Source: Takakia lepidozioides (lineage: Eukaryota; Plantae; Bryophyta). Taken from it: a DNA stretch of 64,000 nt. The stretch covers positions 76,818,001-76,882,000 of the forward strand of contig CM060732.1 of NCBI GenBank assembly GCA_030704615.1, read 5' to 3'. The notes below the pieces were generated by a model. It saw only the letters and a list, made by a program, of their open reading frames with translations. It was not told where the DNA came from and did not search any database. Numbering within the stretch: position 1 is the first letter of the stretch; the number at the start of each line of letters is the position of its first letter. The translations under genes and the position numbers were made by a program. Shown in pieces: positions 1 to 11,900 of the stretch.

Positions 1-959
1 AGATAACATTGCGAGACTTTGAAACAACAGAGACACCCATGCTTGTAAGACTCGCCGTATTGGCTTTTCTTTCGTCTTGGACCTTTGTGAGGATTACTGC
101 TTCCAGCCCCAATGTCCGGACCTCCTCGCTTGACTTTAGGATCCGTGACAGTCAAATTGTTGGTGCGCTTGTCCTCTAGTCCATAGCAACACTGATATCT
201 GGACAGGGTCGTATGTCATCAACACCGGAGTATGTCATCGACACCCATGGAGTTTTGCAAGCATGTAAGACAGCCTAAACCCTATCTACATATCATGCAT
301 GTACATGTCCGGCAAGCACAAGCACAGGGCATGAACAAAGAGGCAGTGCGGGAATATGGTGCAGACATGACAGAGGTTAGATATGTGTTAGCTCTTGGAG
401 CTCTTCGCGGTCCGGGCTTCGCGTTAACATGCACATTTATGTAAAATTGGGTGGAACACCCGTCTCTACTCTCCTCTCCAAGTACAAAGTCGGGCACTCT
501 CTGCAAGTCGTGCGGACCCGCACTTGAGAGCCCATGTATCCAGAGCGACTCTCGTTCTTCCAGTAAAGGTCTTTGCACAAAAATGGCCCATCTTTTGGTG
601 TTTGAAGACATTGTCACAGTGGACGTATAAGAAAGCTTTCTGGTTGGGCATCGATGGCCGCTGCCATATACACTGCAGTACCCCTTTGCGCCTCGAAAGC
701 ACATGCAATACGACCTGGAAAAGTGGAAGCAAAGGACGACAACACACACGTTCTTGGCAAGACGGAAGCGCGTTGGCAGGAACAGAGGTTAGTGGTAGGT
801 TTCTGGACATAGATATACCTCCTACACCTTACCATCATGTAGAGCGAGGCACTTTGAGAGAAGTCTGGCAGTTGATAGCATAGATCAGGATTAGATCTTG
901 TTTGGTCGGGCTTCTATTCTTCCCCTCCTTCTCTTTACTATTTTCATTACTTTGTACTA

Positions 960-1572
960 CTCAAGACCTTTGGGAGGCTGGTTTGGTGGAGCTATCTGGG
1001 GGAGAGTATGCTTCAGCTACAGTGATGCCAGCCAAGAAGGATGTCTTTGGCAATTGGACGGAGAGACGTATGTGCGGTGATTACCGGCCTGTAAATCGTC
1101 AGACCAAGTCCGATATGTATGCCATGCCAACACCAGAGGAGATCTTTGATGCCATCAGGCATGCCAAGGTCTTTAGTACGTTGGATTTACGATCCGGATA
1201 TCACCAGTTGCCGATCAAGGAGGCGGATAAGCAAAAGACAACATTCTGGGGGATCAATGAGCACGGGAAGGATTGCCTATACCAGTGGCGGTTCTTACCA
1301 TTTGGGCTTAAGAACGCTCCGGCAGAGTTTCAGAGAGTCATGGACAGGATCCTAGCAGGGGTGGAGTTTGCTCGGTGCTACATAGATGACATCATCATCT
1401 TTAGTGCTACGGTGGAAGAGCATGAGAGACACCTTCAGGGGGTATTTGAGCGCTTGAGGGCGCACGGATTGAAGTTACATCCGGGAAAGTGCAAGTTTTT
1501 CCACAACCAGATTGAGTATCTGGGTCACATGATATATCCTGGAGGATTGGGGGTACAGGGAGGAAAAGGTCG
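960..1572 (+). mobile_element. Ty3/gypsy reverse transcriptase fragment (truncated both sides)
   Basis: ORF 902..1576 has [50 protein letters not shown] and YLGH RT motifs; no gag or integrase adjacent. Confidence 0.93.
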
Positions 1573-2224
1573 ATGAAACAGTCTTCGCCCACGATTGGTG
1601 GCGGCTGCCATGCCCTAAATCCGGGCGGCTACAATAGCAGCGCGGCATCACGGTGAGATGGGCGGCACATCATCTAAGGTGCGTTTGGGTCTGCCGGATC
1701 GGGCTGCTTGGCGGCAGACCTTGCAGACCGAGCTTGGGCAGACCCCAGCAAGGGCAGACCCACTGGGGACCCGATGGCGGGCGGACCCAAGCGGCGAGGG
1801 CGGGCGGGTGGGCGGGGGCCGCGGTCCGGGGGTGGGCTGGGCGGTGTGCGGGCAGGGCCGCGGGCGGCTGGCAGGTGGGGGTGGGCGGGGCGGGGGAGGG
1901 CGACCCCGCGTCCGTGCGGGCGTGCGCGCCCTGTCCCACACGCGCGACATAAACTCCCAATTATTAAAAAATGAGAGGCATTTAGTATACCTCTCCGCGC
2001 TGCAATTATGCCTAGATGGTAAGTGACATGTTGACTATTGTGTTCATAATTTCTCCCATACCCGCAAACATAGATTGAGCAGTGTATATCTGGTTCTAAA
2101 CAAATTCTTCTAAGAATCTTAACCGTGCACACTCTGTACACGAGAATTACACAACCCGACCTGGGATCTCTAGGTCAACTTTTGCAATTTTGGATGGCCC
2201 ATGCGATTGAGGTTGAGATAAGGT

Positions 2225-2494
2225 TGTTGGAAGTTAGCACACTAGGGCCATGTTGCCTTCCATCTAGTTAGCTGACTACAACGGAGATTAAGGGAATGTC
2301 AGTCCCATAACTCTCGGCATGCTCACGCAGTGGCATGCAGATTTGTCTTATACTTAGATCTTATGTGGGCGTTTCTGATCCATTAGTCTGCGATCAGGTT
2401 CTCACTTGTCTAGGTAACTCATCCGTCACCAAGTGGACGGTATTTATTCCTATCCCCGTTCGGGGTTCATCATCAATACACACAAATTTCAACA
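2225..2494 (+). repeat. 5' LTR of copia element
   Basis: TGTTG...CAACA termini immediately followed by the PBS. Confidence 0.7.
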
Positions 2495-5400
2495 TGGTAT
2501 CATAGCTGAGCTCTGAGGTCTTGTGTGATTGAGAGACTTGAGTTTGAGTTCCCGTGAACTCTGAGGAGCCACGATGTCGTCCTCCAACATGTCGTCTCTT
2601 GATGTGACGAAGGTCACATTTGGTGAGAGTGATAAACTCATTGGTGCCCAAAACTATCAAGTTTGGTCATTTAAGGTTGAGCAAATCCTACGTGAAAAGG
2701 ATATGTGGGAGATCATAGTTCCTCCGACTACTGAGGAGTCTTAGGAATTTTCCACTGGAAGTGACTATTCAGACCAGCAGCAGACTTCGGATTAGACTAC
2801 AGCGGTGGGCACGAAGAAGAAGTAGGACCGGGCGACCATCATCTTCACTGCCACCACTACAATACAAGCTGGGCTTTTCGACTCTGTATTTGACTCATTT
2901 TTTAGTCGTTTGCTACATTTTTACTCCCAGCCTCCATAGTCGAACATGCGTGACAAAGGTCAAGTCGTTTCAGTCAAGCAGTCGAATCCAGATGCCAGGA
3001 CAGTAAAACCTAGGGGGTGACGTGTAGGCAGCACAGTATGACGTGGATGCGACGTGGCTATGACGTGTAGTAAAGTGGTTTAACTGAATTATAAGGTGGA
3101 TGCATGACGTGTAGTGAGTGGCTTAAGGGCAGAGTGACGTGGATGCATGACGTGTAGTAAAGTGGTTTAACTGAAGTGGAACATATTGACTATGTTCCAT
3201 GATGTTTAGTATAAGGTTTGACTGTGAATCAGTGATAGTGAGTTTGCTTGACTTTGTATAGTGTAATATTCTAGTGTGAAGCAATAAAAGAGGACACATT
3301 TTAGTAAATATGTTTCACCCTGGGGGTGTATATACATATATACATATAAATATAAATATATATACAATATGTATATATATGAATTGGGAGGATTTTTATT
3401 TAATATTTGGTTTTTTGGGTTTATTACTGTTATTTCGCTTTTTCATTTACTTTTAGTTTATATCTGTACGTATGTGAATTAGTGGATATTGTATTTAATT
3501 TTTTTGATTCGCTGCACTGCATTGAAAATATATTACAAATACAACAAAACATAGAATACAAATACAGGTCGGAACCAAAAACATTTGGATGGCTCAAAAC
3601 TGGTTTATATCAAGAGTGTTTTGCGAAACAAGTTTTGGCCACATTCTACAAATGACCAACATGATGGCCATGTTGCCATATCCATAGCTCACTGCCCAAC
3701 TGAAGTCATTGAGTAAGGATAATCTGCTGTGCAACTAGGGCCAGCACTATCGTGGACATGTCAAGAGAACATTAGAATCATTTTGAGAATGAATTCAGGT
3801 AGTCCAGAGAATGGTGGTGCCAGCTACCTTGTCACCCAAAGTGACATCCACTTCCAGGGCTGCCTTGACATACATATCCACCAAGGCATGTTTAGAGTGA
3901 AAACTCCAGCTTTGACGATGTCATCATGGACCTGTGCCATTTTGAGGGCTGCCAGGCTCACATTTGCCGTAGATGTACACCAGGGGAATGTTCAGAATGA
4001 TATCTGGTACAATTCCAGCTTGGATAATGTCACCATAAACCTCTTTGCCCCTTCCCAGGGCTGCTAGGCTCGCATATGCATATTACAAAAAACAAATGAA
4101 CATGACGGCTTGGTCTGGCTTCATCCCTTCCCACATCATTTGCTCTTATGTTTCCAAAGCCTTAATCCCATACCCATGCTGCACATACCTTGCAATCATG
4201 GCACTCCAAAATACCACATCTCGTTCAGCCATATTGTCAAACTCTCCCTTCACATCAGGCTTGCTGCACCCACATTTGGCATACATGTCCACCAAGGCAG
4301 AGTTCAGAATGACAATTTCCACTTTAACGATCGGCATAAGCAAGGGGAAGGAGACAGCAGAGCTGCTGCTCTCTCCCAACGCCAAAACAACCAAAAGAAA
4401 AAAAAATGGAGGGGCTGAGAGAGCCGCCATGGCTGTGAAGTACAATATGCTGCAACGTGATGTGGTTGGGCTTCACCCCTTCCCCCATCAATATTTGATC
4501 ATAGGTCTCCAAAGCCTCCATACCATGGCCCTGTTGTGCATACCCTGCAAACATCACATTCCCCCCACGTTCCATGACACCACATCTCGTTCAGCCATAG
4601 TGTTGAAAACTCCCTTCGCATCCTTAATGCACCCACATTTGGCATACATGTCCACCAGGGCAGTGTTCAGAATGACATCTCGTACAAATCCAGCTTTGAC
4701 GATGTCACCATGGTCTTTCCCCTTTTCCACAGCTCCCAGCCTTGCACACGCATGGCAAATACAAACAAATGTGATGTGGTTGGGTTTCACCCTTCGCGCA
4801 GCAGTTGCGCATAGGTTTCCAAAGCACTCCTACCACACCCATCCTTGGTAAATCCTGCCAACATTATATTCCACGTGATCAAGAACGTAGAGGCACGCTG
4901 GAAAACCTGGTGAGCATCCATGATGCTCCCACACTTAACATACATGTTGACAAGGGTGTTGAGTAGAAAAACATTCGGCGTTAATCCACTTTGGATAATG
5001 TGAGTGTGCACCTGTTTCCAGCTTCCAGACCTTTCATCTTGATGCACTTAAGCAAGAGACAGACAGACGTATCTGAATCTGCTGAAATGCCTTGTTGGTT
5101 TAAAGTCGTAGAGCCTCTGTCAGTCTACCTGCCTCACAAAACATCTTCACATGCCCAGCAGAAGAGGCATTGTGGACTCCCTCTCTTGATCCTCTTTCAG
5201 AAGCTGTGGTCATGGTTGAGGTGCCTGATTTTATCAACTGCGCCGCTGCAGCTGCTACCTTTACTTGACCATCCTACCCATGCAGCAGGTTTCTTGTAGC
5301 TATTGATCCACATGGAATCATAGGTAATCTGGAGCTTGAAATCCAACCCTCTTGGATGAATCTGGACCCACACTCCATCCCTGCCCCTTCAGCTATCCAT

Positions 5401-5921
5401 ACCTCTGCACAAATCATGTATACATCCTTGTCTTGCTGCTAGCAGCTGACAATGACAGCCTAGAATTGTTCTAGCAAACACCCCAACCCTACTTATCACA
5501 CTAGTTCAAAGTCACTCCAAACCACCACAGATCCACCCAATGAGCTAACTTACAGAATTCAATATGCATATCAGGGCCAAGTCTGATGAGGGGGCAAAAC
5601 AGGCTGCAACAGGTCAAAGAAGAAGGTGCCCTCACCACATTGTCCTTGACCCATGGAGGATTTGACCGAGCATCAACCCAAAATGACCTCTTGTGTGTGA
5701 TGTTTGTGTCTGTAGTCAGGTAATGTTGGATTGGTCTGTGAAAACCACCAAGGTGCAGCTGAGCAGGCAGAGATCGAAACACGGCCTACTAAGACCAAGC
5801 TGACTCTCCCAAGAACCTTGTAAACATCAGGAAGAACACCAAATCATGGTACTAACAGGAGCCAAGAGCCCACCTTTGCAGGATGGACAAACTTCACATC
5901 GTACATTAAGAAAAGCCACAC

Positions 5922-5977
5922 CTTGTGATTGCGGTTGTCCCACCATCGTGAAGGATCTTTATAAAACTCATGCCAGC
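5922..5977 (-). pseudogene. Captured exon piece encoding a PDF-motif segment of an OSB-type organellar ssDNA-binding protein
   Basis: Manual translation WHEFYKDPSRWWDNRNHK followed by a GT donor; resembles the WxxFFxxPxxWWDNRxxK PDF motif. Confidence 0.6.
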
Positions 5978-7476
5978 TCACATCATGAACGAGCTAACTT
6001 GCAGAATTCTACATGAAATTTAGGGACGACTCTGATAACATGGCAAAACAGGGTGAAATGTATTGCAGAAGGTACCTTCATTAGCAGCGAATTGTTCTAT
6101 CAATTGGGCTGCTGCCGCTTCTGTTTCCAGGATGACATCTGGTACAATTCCAGCTTTGACAATGTCACTATGGACCTCTTCCCTCTTTTCCAGAGCTCCC
6201 AGGCTTGCACACGCATTGCAAACACAAACAAACGCGATGTGGTTGGGCTTCACCCCTTCACGCAACATTTGCTCATAGGTCTCCTAAGCATTCCTACCAC
6301 ACCTACGCTTGGTAAATCCTGCCAACATAATATTCCACATGATCAAAGATCATTGAGGCATTCTGTTGAACACTTGGTGAGCATCCATGATGCTCCCGCA
6401 CTTAACATACATGTTGACAAGGGTGTTGAGTAGAAAAACATTTGGTGTGAATCCACTTTGGATAATGTGAGTGTGCACCTGCTTTCCAGCTTCCAGACCA
6501 TCCATCTTGATGCACTTAAGCAACAGACAGAGATATCTGAATCTGTTGGAATGCCTCCTTGGTTTAGAGTCTGTAGAGCGTCTGTTAGTCTGCCTGCCAC
6601 ACAAAGTATCTTCACATGCCCAGAAGTGCCAGAAGAGGCATTGTGGACTCCCTCTCTTGATCCTCTAATTTCAACAGTTGTGGTCATGGTTGAGGTGCCT
6701 GATTTTATCAACTGTGCCACTGCAGCTGCTGCCTTTAGTTGACCATCTACACATGCAGGTTTCTTGTAGCTACTGATCCACCTGAAATCAAGGTAATCTT
6801 AAGCTTCAAGTCCAGCCCTCTTGGATGAATCTGGACCCACACTCTATCCCCGCTCCTTCAGCTATCCATGCCTCTGCACAAATGATGCATACATTCTTGC
6901 CTTGCAACTGATAATGACAGCCTAGATTTGTTCTAGGAAACACCCAACTCAGCTTATTACACTAGTTCCTATACTGAATTGCGTCTGCTACTCTCCTGTA
7001 ATCTAACAAGCATTCACCTTTTTGCCTGGTGTCCCACCATTGACTGGGGTCAGAAAAGTATTCATTCCACAGCTTCTCCTCATCTCTGTTATGTATTTTT
7101 GGATACTTTCCTGTCGTCACAGTGGCAGTATCATGTCAAAGTCACTCCAAACTACATTCACTCAACCAGCTAACTTGCAGAATTCAACATGGAAATTCAG
7201 GGCCGATTCTGATAAGAGGGGAAAACAGGGTGAATGTGAAGAAGGTGCCTTGATTACCAGTGCCTGATTTTATCAGTTGTGCCGCTACTGCTGCGGCATG
7301 ACAGTTGACCATCTACCCATGCAGGTTTCTTGTAGCTATTGATCTACAGGAAATCATAAGTAATCTTGTGCTTGAAATCTGGCCCTTTTGGATGAATCTA
7401 GACCTACTCTCTATCCCTGCTCCTTCAGCTATCTCTGCCTCTGCAGAAATCATGCACACATCAGGGAGCTAATGAC

Positions 7477-7600
7477 AAGGGAGGAGGGCATGGCAATTCG
7501 AACCTAGGAAGCTCAAATATTGTGCTCATGAGGATATGGCAGAGGGTGGATCCTCAACTAAAAACTTGCTGGCCTTTGTGGAGGATCTCAAGTCTCAGAT
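7477..7600 (+). pseudogene. Captured C-terminal fragment of a UDP-glycosyltransferase
   Basis: Manual translation REEGMAIRT (frameshift) KLKYCAHEDMAEGGSSTKNLLAFVEDLK, matching the plant UGT terminal EGGSSxxNLxxFV motif. Confidence 0.6.
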
Positions 7601-8719
7601 TGTGCAGACCAAGACTTTGCAGGAAGAATGATTGATTGTTGACACTGTCTCTCGCATGCCCTAAGATCTGAGAATCAAGTTGAAAAAGTAAACCACGTGA
7701 CTCTGTTCAACCCAACTGCTGAAGGCCTCAAGAGACATTTAGGGCCGGTTCTGATAAGAGGAAAAAACGGGGTGAAATGTGTTGAAGAAGGTGCCTTGAG
7801 TAGCAGTGCCTGAACTTTATCAATTGTGCCGCCGCTGCTGCTGTTGCGGCTTCCAGTTGACCATCTACGCATGCAGGTTTCTTGTAGTTATCACTCCACA
7901 TGGATTCATAGGTAATCTGGAGCTTGAAATCCGGCCCTCTTGGATGAATCTGGACCCACACTCTATCCCTGCTCCTTCGGCTATCCATACCTCTGCACAA
8001 ATCGTGCATAGCACCTCCTTGCTTTGCTGCTAGCAACTGACAATGACAGCCTAGATTTGTTCCAGCAAACACCCTAACCCTACTTCTCACACTATAGTTC
8101 CTATGCTGACTTGCGCTTCCAACAGGCATTCACCTTTTTGCACCATCGTCGAGCTAACTTGCAGAATTCAACCTGAAAATTTAGGGATGACTCTGAATCC
8201 TGATAACAGGGAAAACAGACTGAAATGTGTTGAAGAAGGTGCTCATATGTCGGCAAAGCCTCCATCCCGCGCCCTTGTTGTGCATATCCTGCAATCATCG
8301 CACTCCACGACACCACATCTCGTTCAGCCATACTGTTGAACACTCCCTGCTGTCTCCGCTCTAAAGCTCCCATATAGCACACGTCGTGACAATGGCCGAC
8401 ACAACAAGAGCAAACATACAGGTCGATCCCACAAACAGTACACTCGTTGCGCGGCACTTCTCTCTCTCTATTCTCTCCTCCCCCCGCCCACCCGCTCTCT
8501 CATATGCACACAGCAAGATACTAGTCTTTTAGAAACCGCTTATCCTGGTTCGCGAACCTTAAGTAAACACAGATGGTGGCACAAAGACAAACAAACGCCA
8601 AGTCCCTAAGCCTGCGGATCTCTCGAACCACGCCGACCCCAAAAAAGCACGAAGTCCCAGCCAGGCTGCACACTGCGACCTAGCAACCCTAAACTGGAGC
8701 CAAGTGCATTATCATCCGT

Positions 8720-8995
8720 TCATACGTTCATACAATAGTTGCCAGCAAGGCGTTTTTTTTATCATACGTTCATCCAGTGCACAAAAATTATATTTCATAC
8801 GTTCATCCAGTGCACAAAAATTATATTTCATACGTTCATCCAATAGCTGCCAGCAAGGTGTTTGTTTATCACTCGTTCAGGTAATTCAGTTGTTTTGTTT
8901 CACTAACCTTTCATACGTTCATCCAATAGCTGCCAGCAAGGCGTTTGTTTATCATTCGTTCATATAATTCAGTTGTTTTGTTTCACTAACCTTAA
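8720..8995. repeat. Short degenerate tandem repeats (TCATACGTTCATCCA core) near the Pack-CACTA right end
   Basis: About 6 copies of the core; a ~33-bp unit and a ~75-bp unit are each duplicated. Confidence 0.7.
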
Positions 8996-11900
8996 TCAGC
9001 ACACGATTAGTTTACTATTAATGTGTTGGGTCAGTGAAAAAATAGTTATTTTTTTTTACTTCTTATTATCCACATATATATTGCTATATAATTTATATAT
9101 TGTGATTACACGTGCCATTTCTTAACTGGTTGTCTCAGTCAGCTCATTTCAGCTCATTTCAGGTAATCAAAGTCTCTCACTACAGTCAAAATTTTCGCGG
9201 TTGTCTAGCACCTCGAATATTTTAATATAAATTTTGACTGCAAAATGGTTGGGACATACGAAAGTGACAACAGTCAACGCCAACGTCAAACTAAATCGTC
9301 GAAATTACATAGGGTGTGTTGTAGTGCACGGTGCACAACTCGATTATTCCCATCGTCAAGAGGCTCTGTGATGATCATGCCAAACTTTGGTCGACGTTGC
9401 AAAAACAATTTGAGTCCTTAGCAATCCAGCGGAAGTTGGACCTAAAGACTGAACTTCTTGAAGCAAAGATGTCAGAGGGAAGCTTAGTTGAGCAATATCT
9501 TAAGAAGATTGAGCGTCTTGTGATGAATCTCGGGAGCATATGAGAAGAGGTTCCCGAAAAAGAATTGATTCAAATCGTTTTGAGAGATCTTCCTGAGAGT
9601 TGGTCTGCCTCTAAATCCATCTACGGTGTAATGTATGCAAAAGATTCAGAAGCAACCTCTACAGATCTGGAGGAGTACCTTCAAGCAAAAGAACTTCGAC
9701 GCAAGCCTCGGAGAGAAACTGAGGAGCAGTCTCTGGTGGCAGCGTCCAACTTCAGACGAGGGGAAAGCAACAACCGTGGCAGGGGTCGAAGTGGTCGCGG
9801 AAGAGCCAGTGGGTGAGGTAGATCCCAGCATCCCAACAAGAAATGTGACACCTGCAACTACTGTGGAAAGCGAGGGCATTGGGAAGCTGACTTCTTCATC
9901 AAGATTGTCATCCTGGTCAGAAGTCTTATCTCGGCGCAGAAGGTGGAGATATTGGCGATAGTGGATCAGACAAAGGTGAGAGTAGCGAATCCAAACCGGT
10001 TTTCAACATCGAAGCTATGTTGAGTGAATTTGATTTCAAGTCCAATGGTCAGTCCAACAGCCAGTCGTGGATTTTGGATTCAGGTGCCACTGCGCTTATA
10101 AGTTGTGATAGAGAATCCTTTTCTGAGCTCAAAACTAAGTCTCCAGTTACCAATGTGTTGACGGCAAGTGGCACAAAAATGTCTGCGTCAGGATCTGGTT
10201 GTATTAAAATTGTTGGCAATAAAACCATCTCTGATGTTCTCTACGTGCTGAGTGTGATAAAAAATCTTCTGTCAATCGGAAAGCTCACTAACCGTGGACA
10301 TCTTGTAATGTTTGACTCTAGTCACTGTTGTGTGATGGATAAACACAACTCGTCGAAAGTCTTTCTTAGGGGTAGTACTCGTGACTCACACAACAAATTG
10401 TACTGGCTGGACGTGGCCAAAACTGCTGGGTCGTTGCCCCATACAAATAATCTTGTGGGGAATAGATCTTTGTTAATGCATGCAAACGTATGGGCATCTT
10501 GTAATTTGGTGGAATCTTGCGACAAGACACAAAGGGATCTGTGGCATCGTAGAATCGGCCATGTTGGTGACGTCTCAATTATCTGACAAGGCATCAACTG
10601 GTAGAAGGCGTCCCTACTATTCCACTCATCAAAGAAGTCTGCGGGCTAAACAACACCGACAAAAAATACCCAAAGTGATTGTCAACCGTGCAACAAGGCA
10701 TCTTGGGTTGATACACACCGACTTGTGTGGTCCACTGCCTACAACGTCACTCAGTGGAGCAAGGTACATCATAACGACTTCTCTCAGTATTCTTGTCAAG
10801 TGTTTTTCTTAAAGCACAAAAGCGAAGCATTTGATAAATTCAAATTATTCAAACATCAAGTAGAGAATCAGCTATTACACAAGATAGATGTCTTCGTAGT
10901 GACAGAGGGGGGGGGGGGTATATGTCTGATCAATTCTCTCGATTCTATCATAGTCAAGGCATTCGTAGACAACTGACAGTTGCAAGAACCCCACATCAAA
11001 ACGGTGTAGCCGAGCGCAAAAACAGAACCTTGCTTGAAATTGTCCGAAGTTTGTCAATTGGATCAAACATTCCATCATCTATGTGGGAGGAAATGGTCAA
11101 AGCTGCCAACTATATTAACAATAGATGCAGCACCAGAGCATTGAACCAATCTACCCCGTTTGAATGTCTCACCGGGAGCAAACCAATATCAGTCATTTCC
11201 ATGTGATTGGTAGTACCGCATTCGTACATGTTCCAAAAGAGTTCTGGTAGGATACGATGACCAAAGCAAGGCCTATAGGTGCTTTGATCCCCATACCAGA
11301 AAAATACTAATAAGTCGAGACGTCATCTTTGACGAACTCAAAGTTGGTGATTTTTCTGTAAGTTCTATAGAGGCTCCTGGCAGTATTCTTGATCTTTTTC
11401 CTCCCACGACAATGATTCTTCTTCTCAAGTTCCTTTGGCCCCGGAGGAGCAACGACAGGAAGGAGATGAACGCGAGCACAATTCTCCTCCTTATAGCCCG
11501 ACTAGGGAGGACGAATTTCATGAAGCCCAGGACACTGTTCCTAAACCCGGCGACACTGCTCCAGCAACAATTCAATCTTTGCTTCTCCCGCTCCATCCAG
11601 TGTTAAGTCTGATCCTTATAAATATTTAGGGTATCAGATGTACCTCTCAATAATCGAACTAGATTGGGGATTTGCACTGGTTGCCGACTCTCCAAATGAG
11701 ATTCGGTTTGAGGACGCAATTTTAGATCCTCGCTGGAGAGCAGCCATGGAGGCCGAAATGGGAGCCCACTCTAAGAACGGGACATGGGAACTAATCGATC
11801 TTCCCCCGAGACAAAATGCTCTCTCTGCAAAATGGATTTTGAGGACCAAAGAAGACCATGCCGAGAACGTCAAGTTCAAAGCTAGGGTGGTAGCATGAGG

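Larger units (their letters stand above)
3860..8345 (-). pseudogene. Tandem, rearranged PLS-class pentatricopeptide-repeat gene fragments (several 5' ends plus partial repeat tracts)
   Basis: Repeated NTALVDMYAKCG, RDVVSW, MIAGYAQQG, GVKPNHITFVC and VHTHIIQSG motifs in ORFs 4146..4445, 4554..4790, 4787..5047, 6020..6268, 6350..6604 and 8101..8457. The same N-terminal module (MICAEVWIAEGAG..) recurs at ~5283-5420, 6755-6890, 7321-7455 and 7872-8005. Confidence 0.9.
2855..9326. mobile_element. Non-autonomous Pack-CACTA element (6.5 kb) with captured gene fragments
   Basis: TIRs CACTACAATACA (2855) and TGTGTTGTAGTG (ends 9326); 3-bp TSD CAC at 2852-2854 and 9327-9329; copia gag continues across the site; TGACGTG subterminal repeats at ~3017-3160; no transposase inside. 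Confidence 0.9.

Noticed and set aside
232-883. ORFs at the window start
   Set aside because: No recognisable motif; possibly a decayed TE fragment but I cannot support a call.
1648-2141. Overlapping Pro/Gly/Arg-rich ORFs in all frames
   Set aside because: Explained by extreme GC content and the resulting lack of stop codons.
3640-3860. Possible captured transporter fragment (NDFSWAVSYGYG on - strand)
   Set aside because: Similarity too short and ambiguous to name.
4045-4851. 268-aa + strand ORF
   Set aside because: Antisense shadow of the PPR fragments on the - strand.
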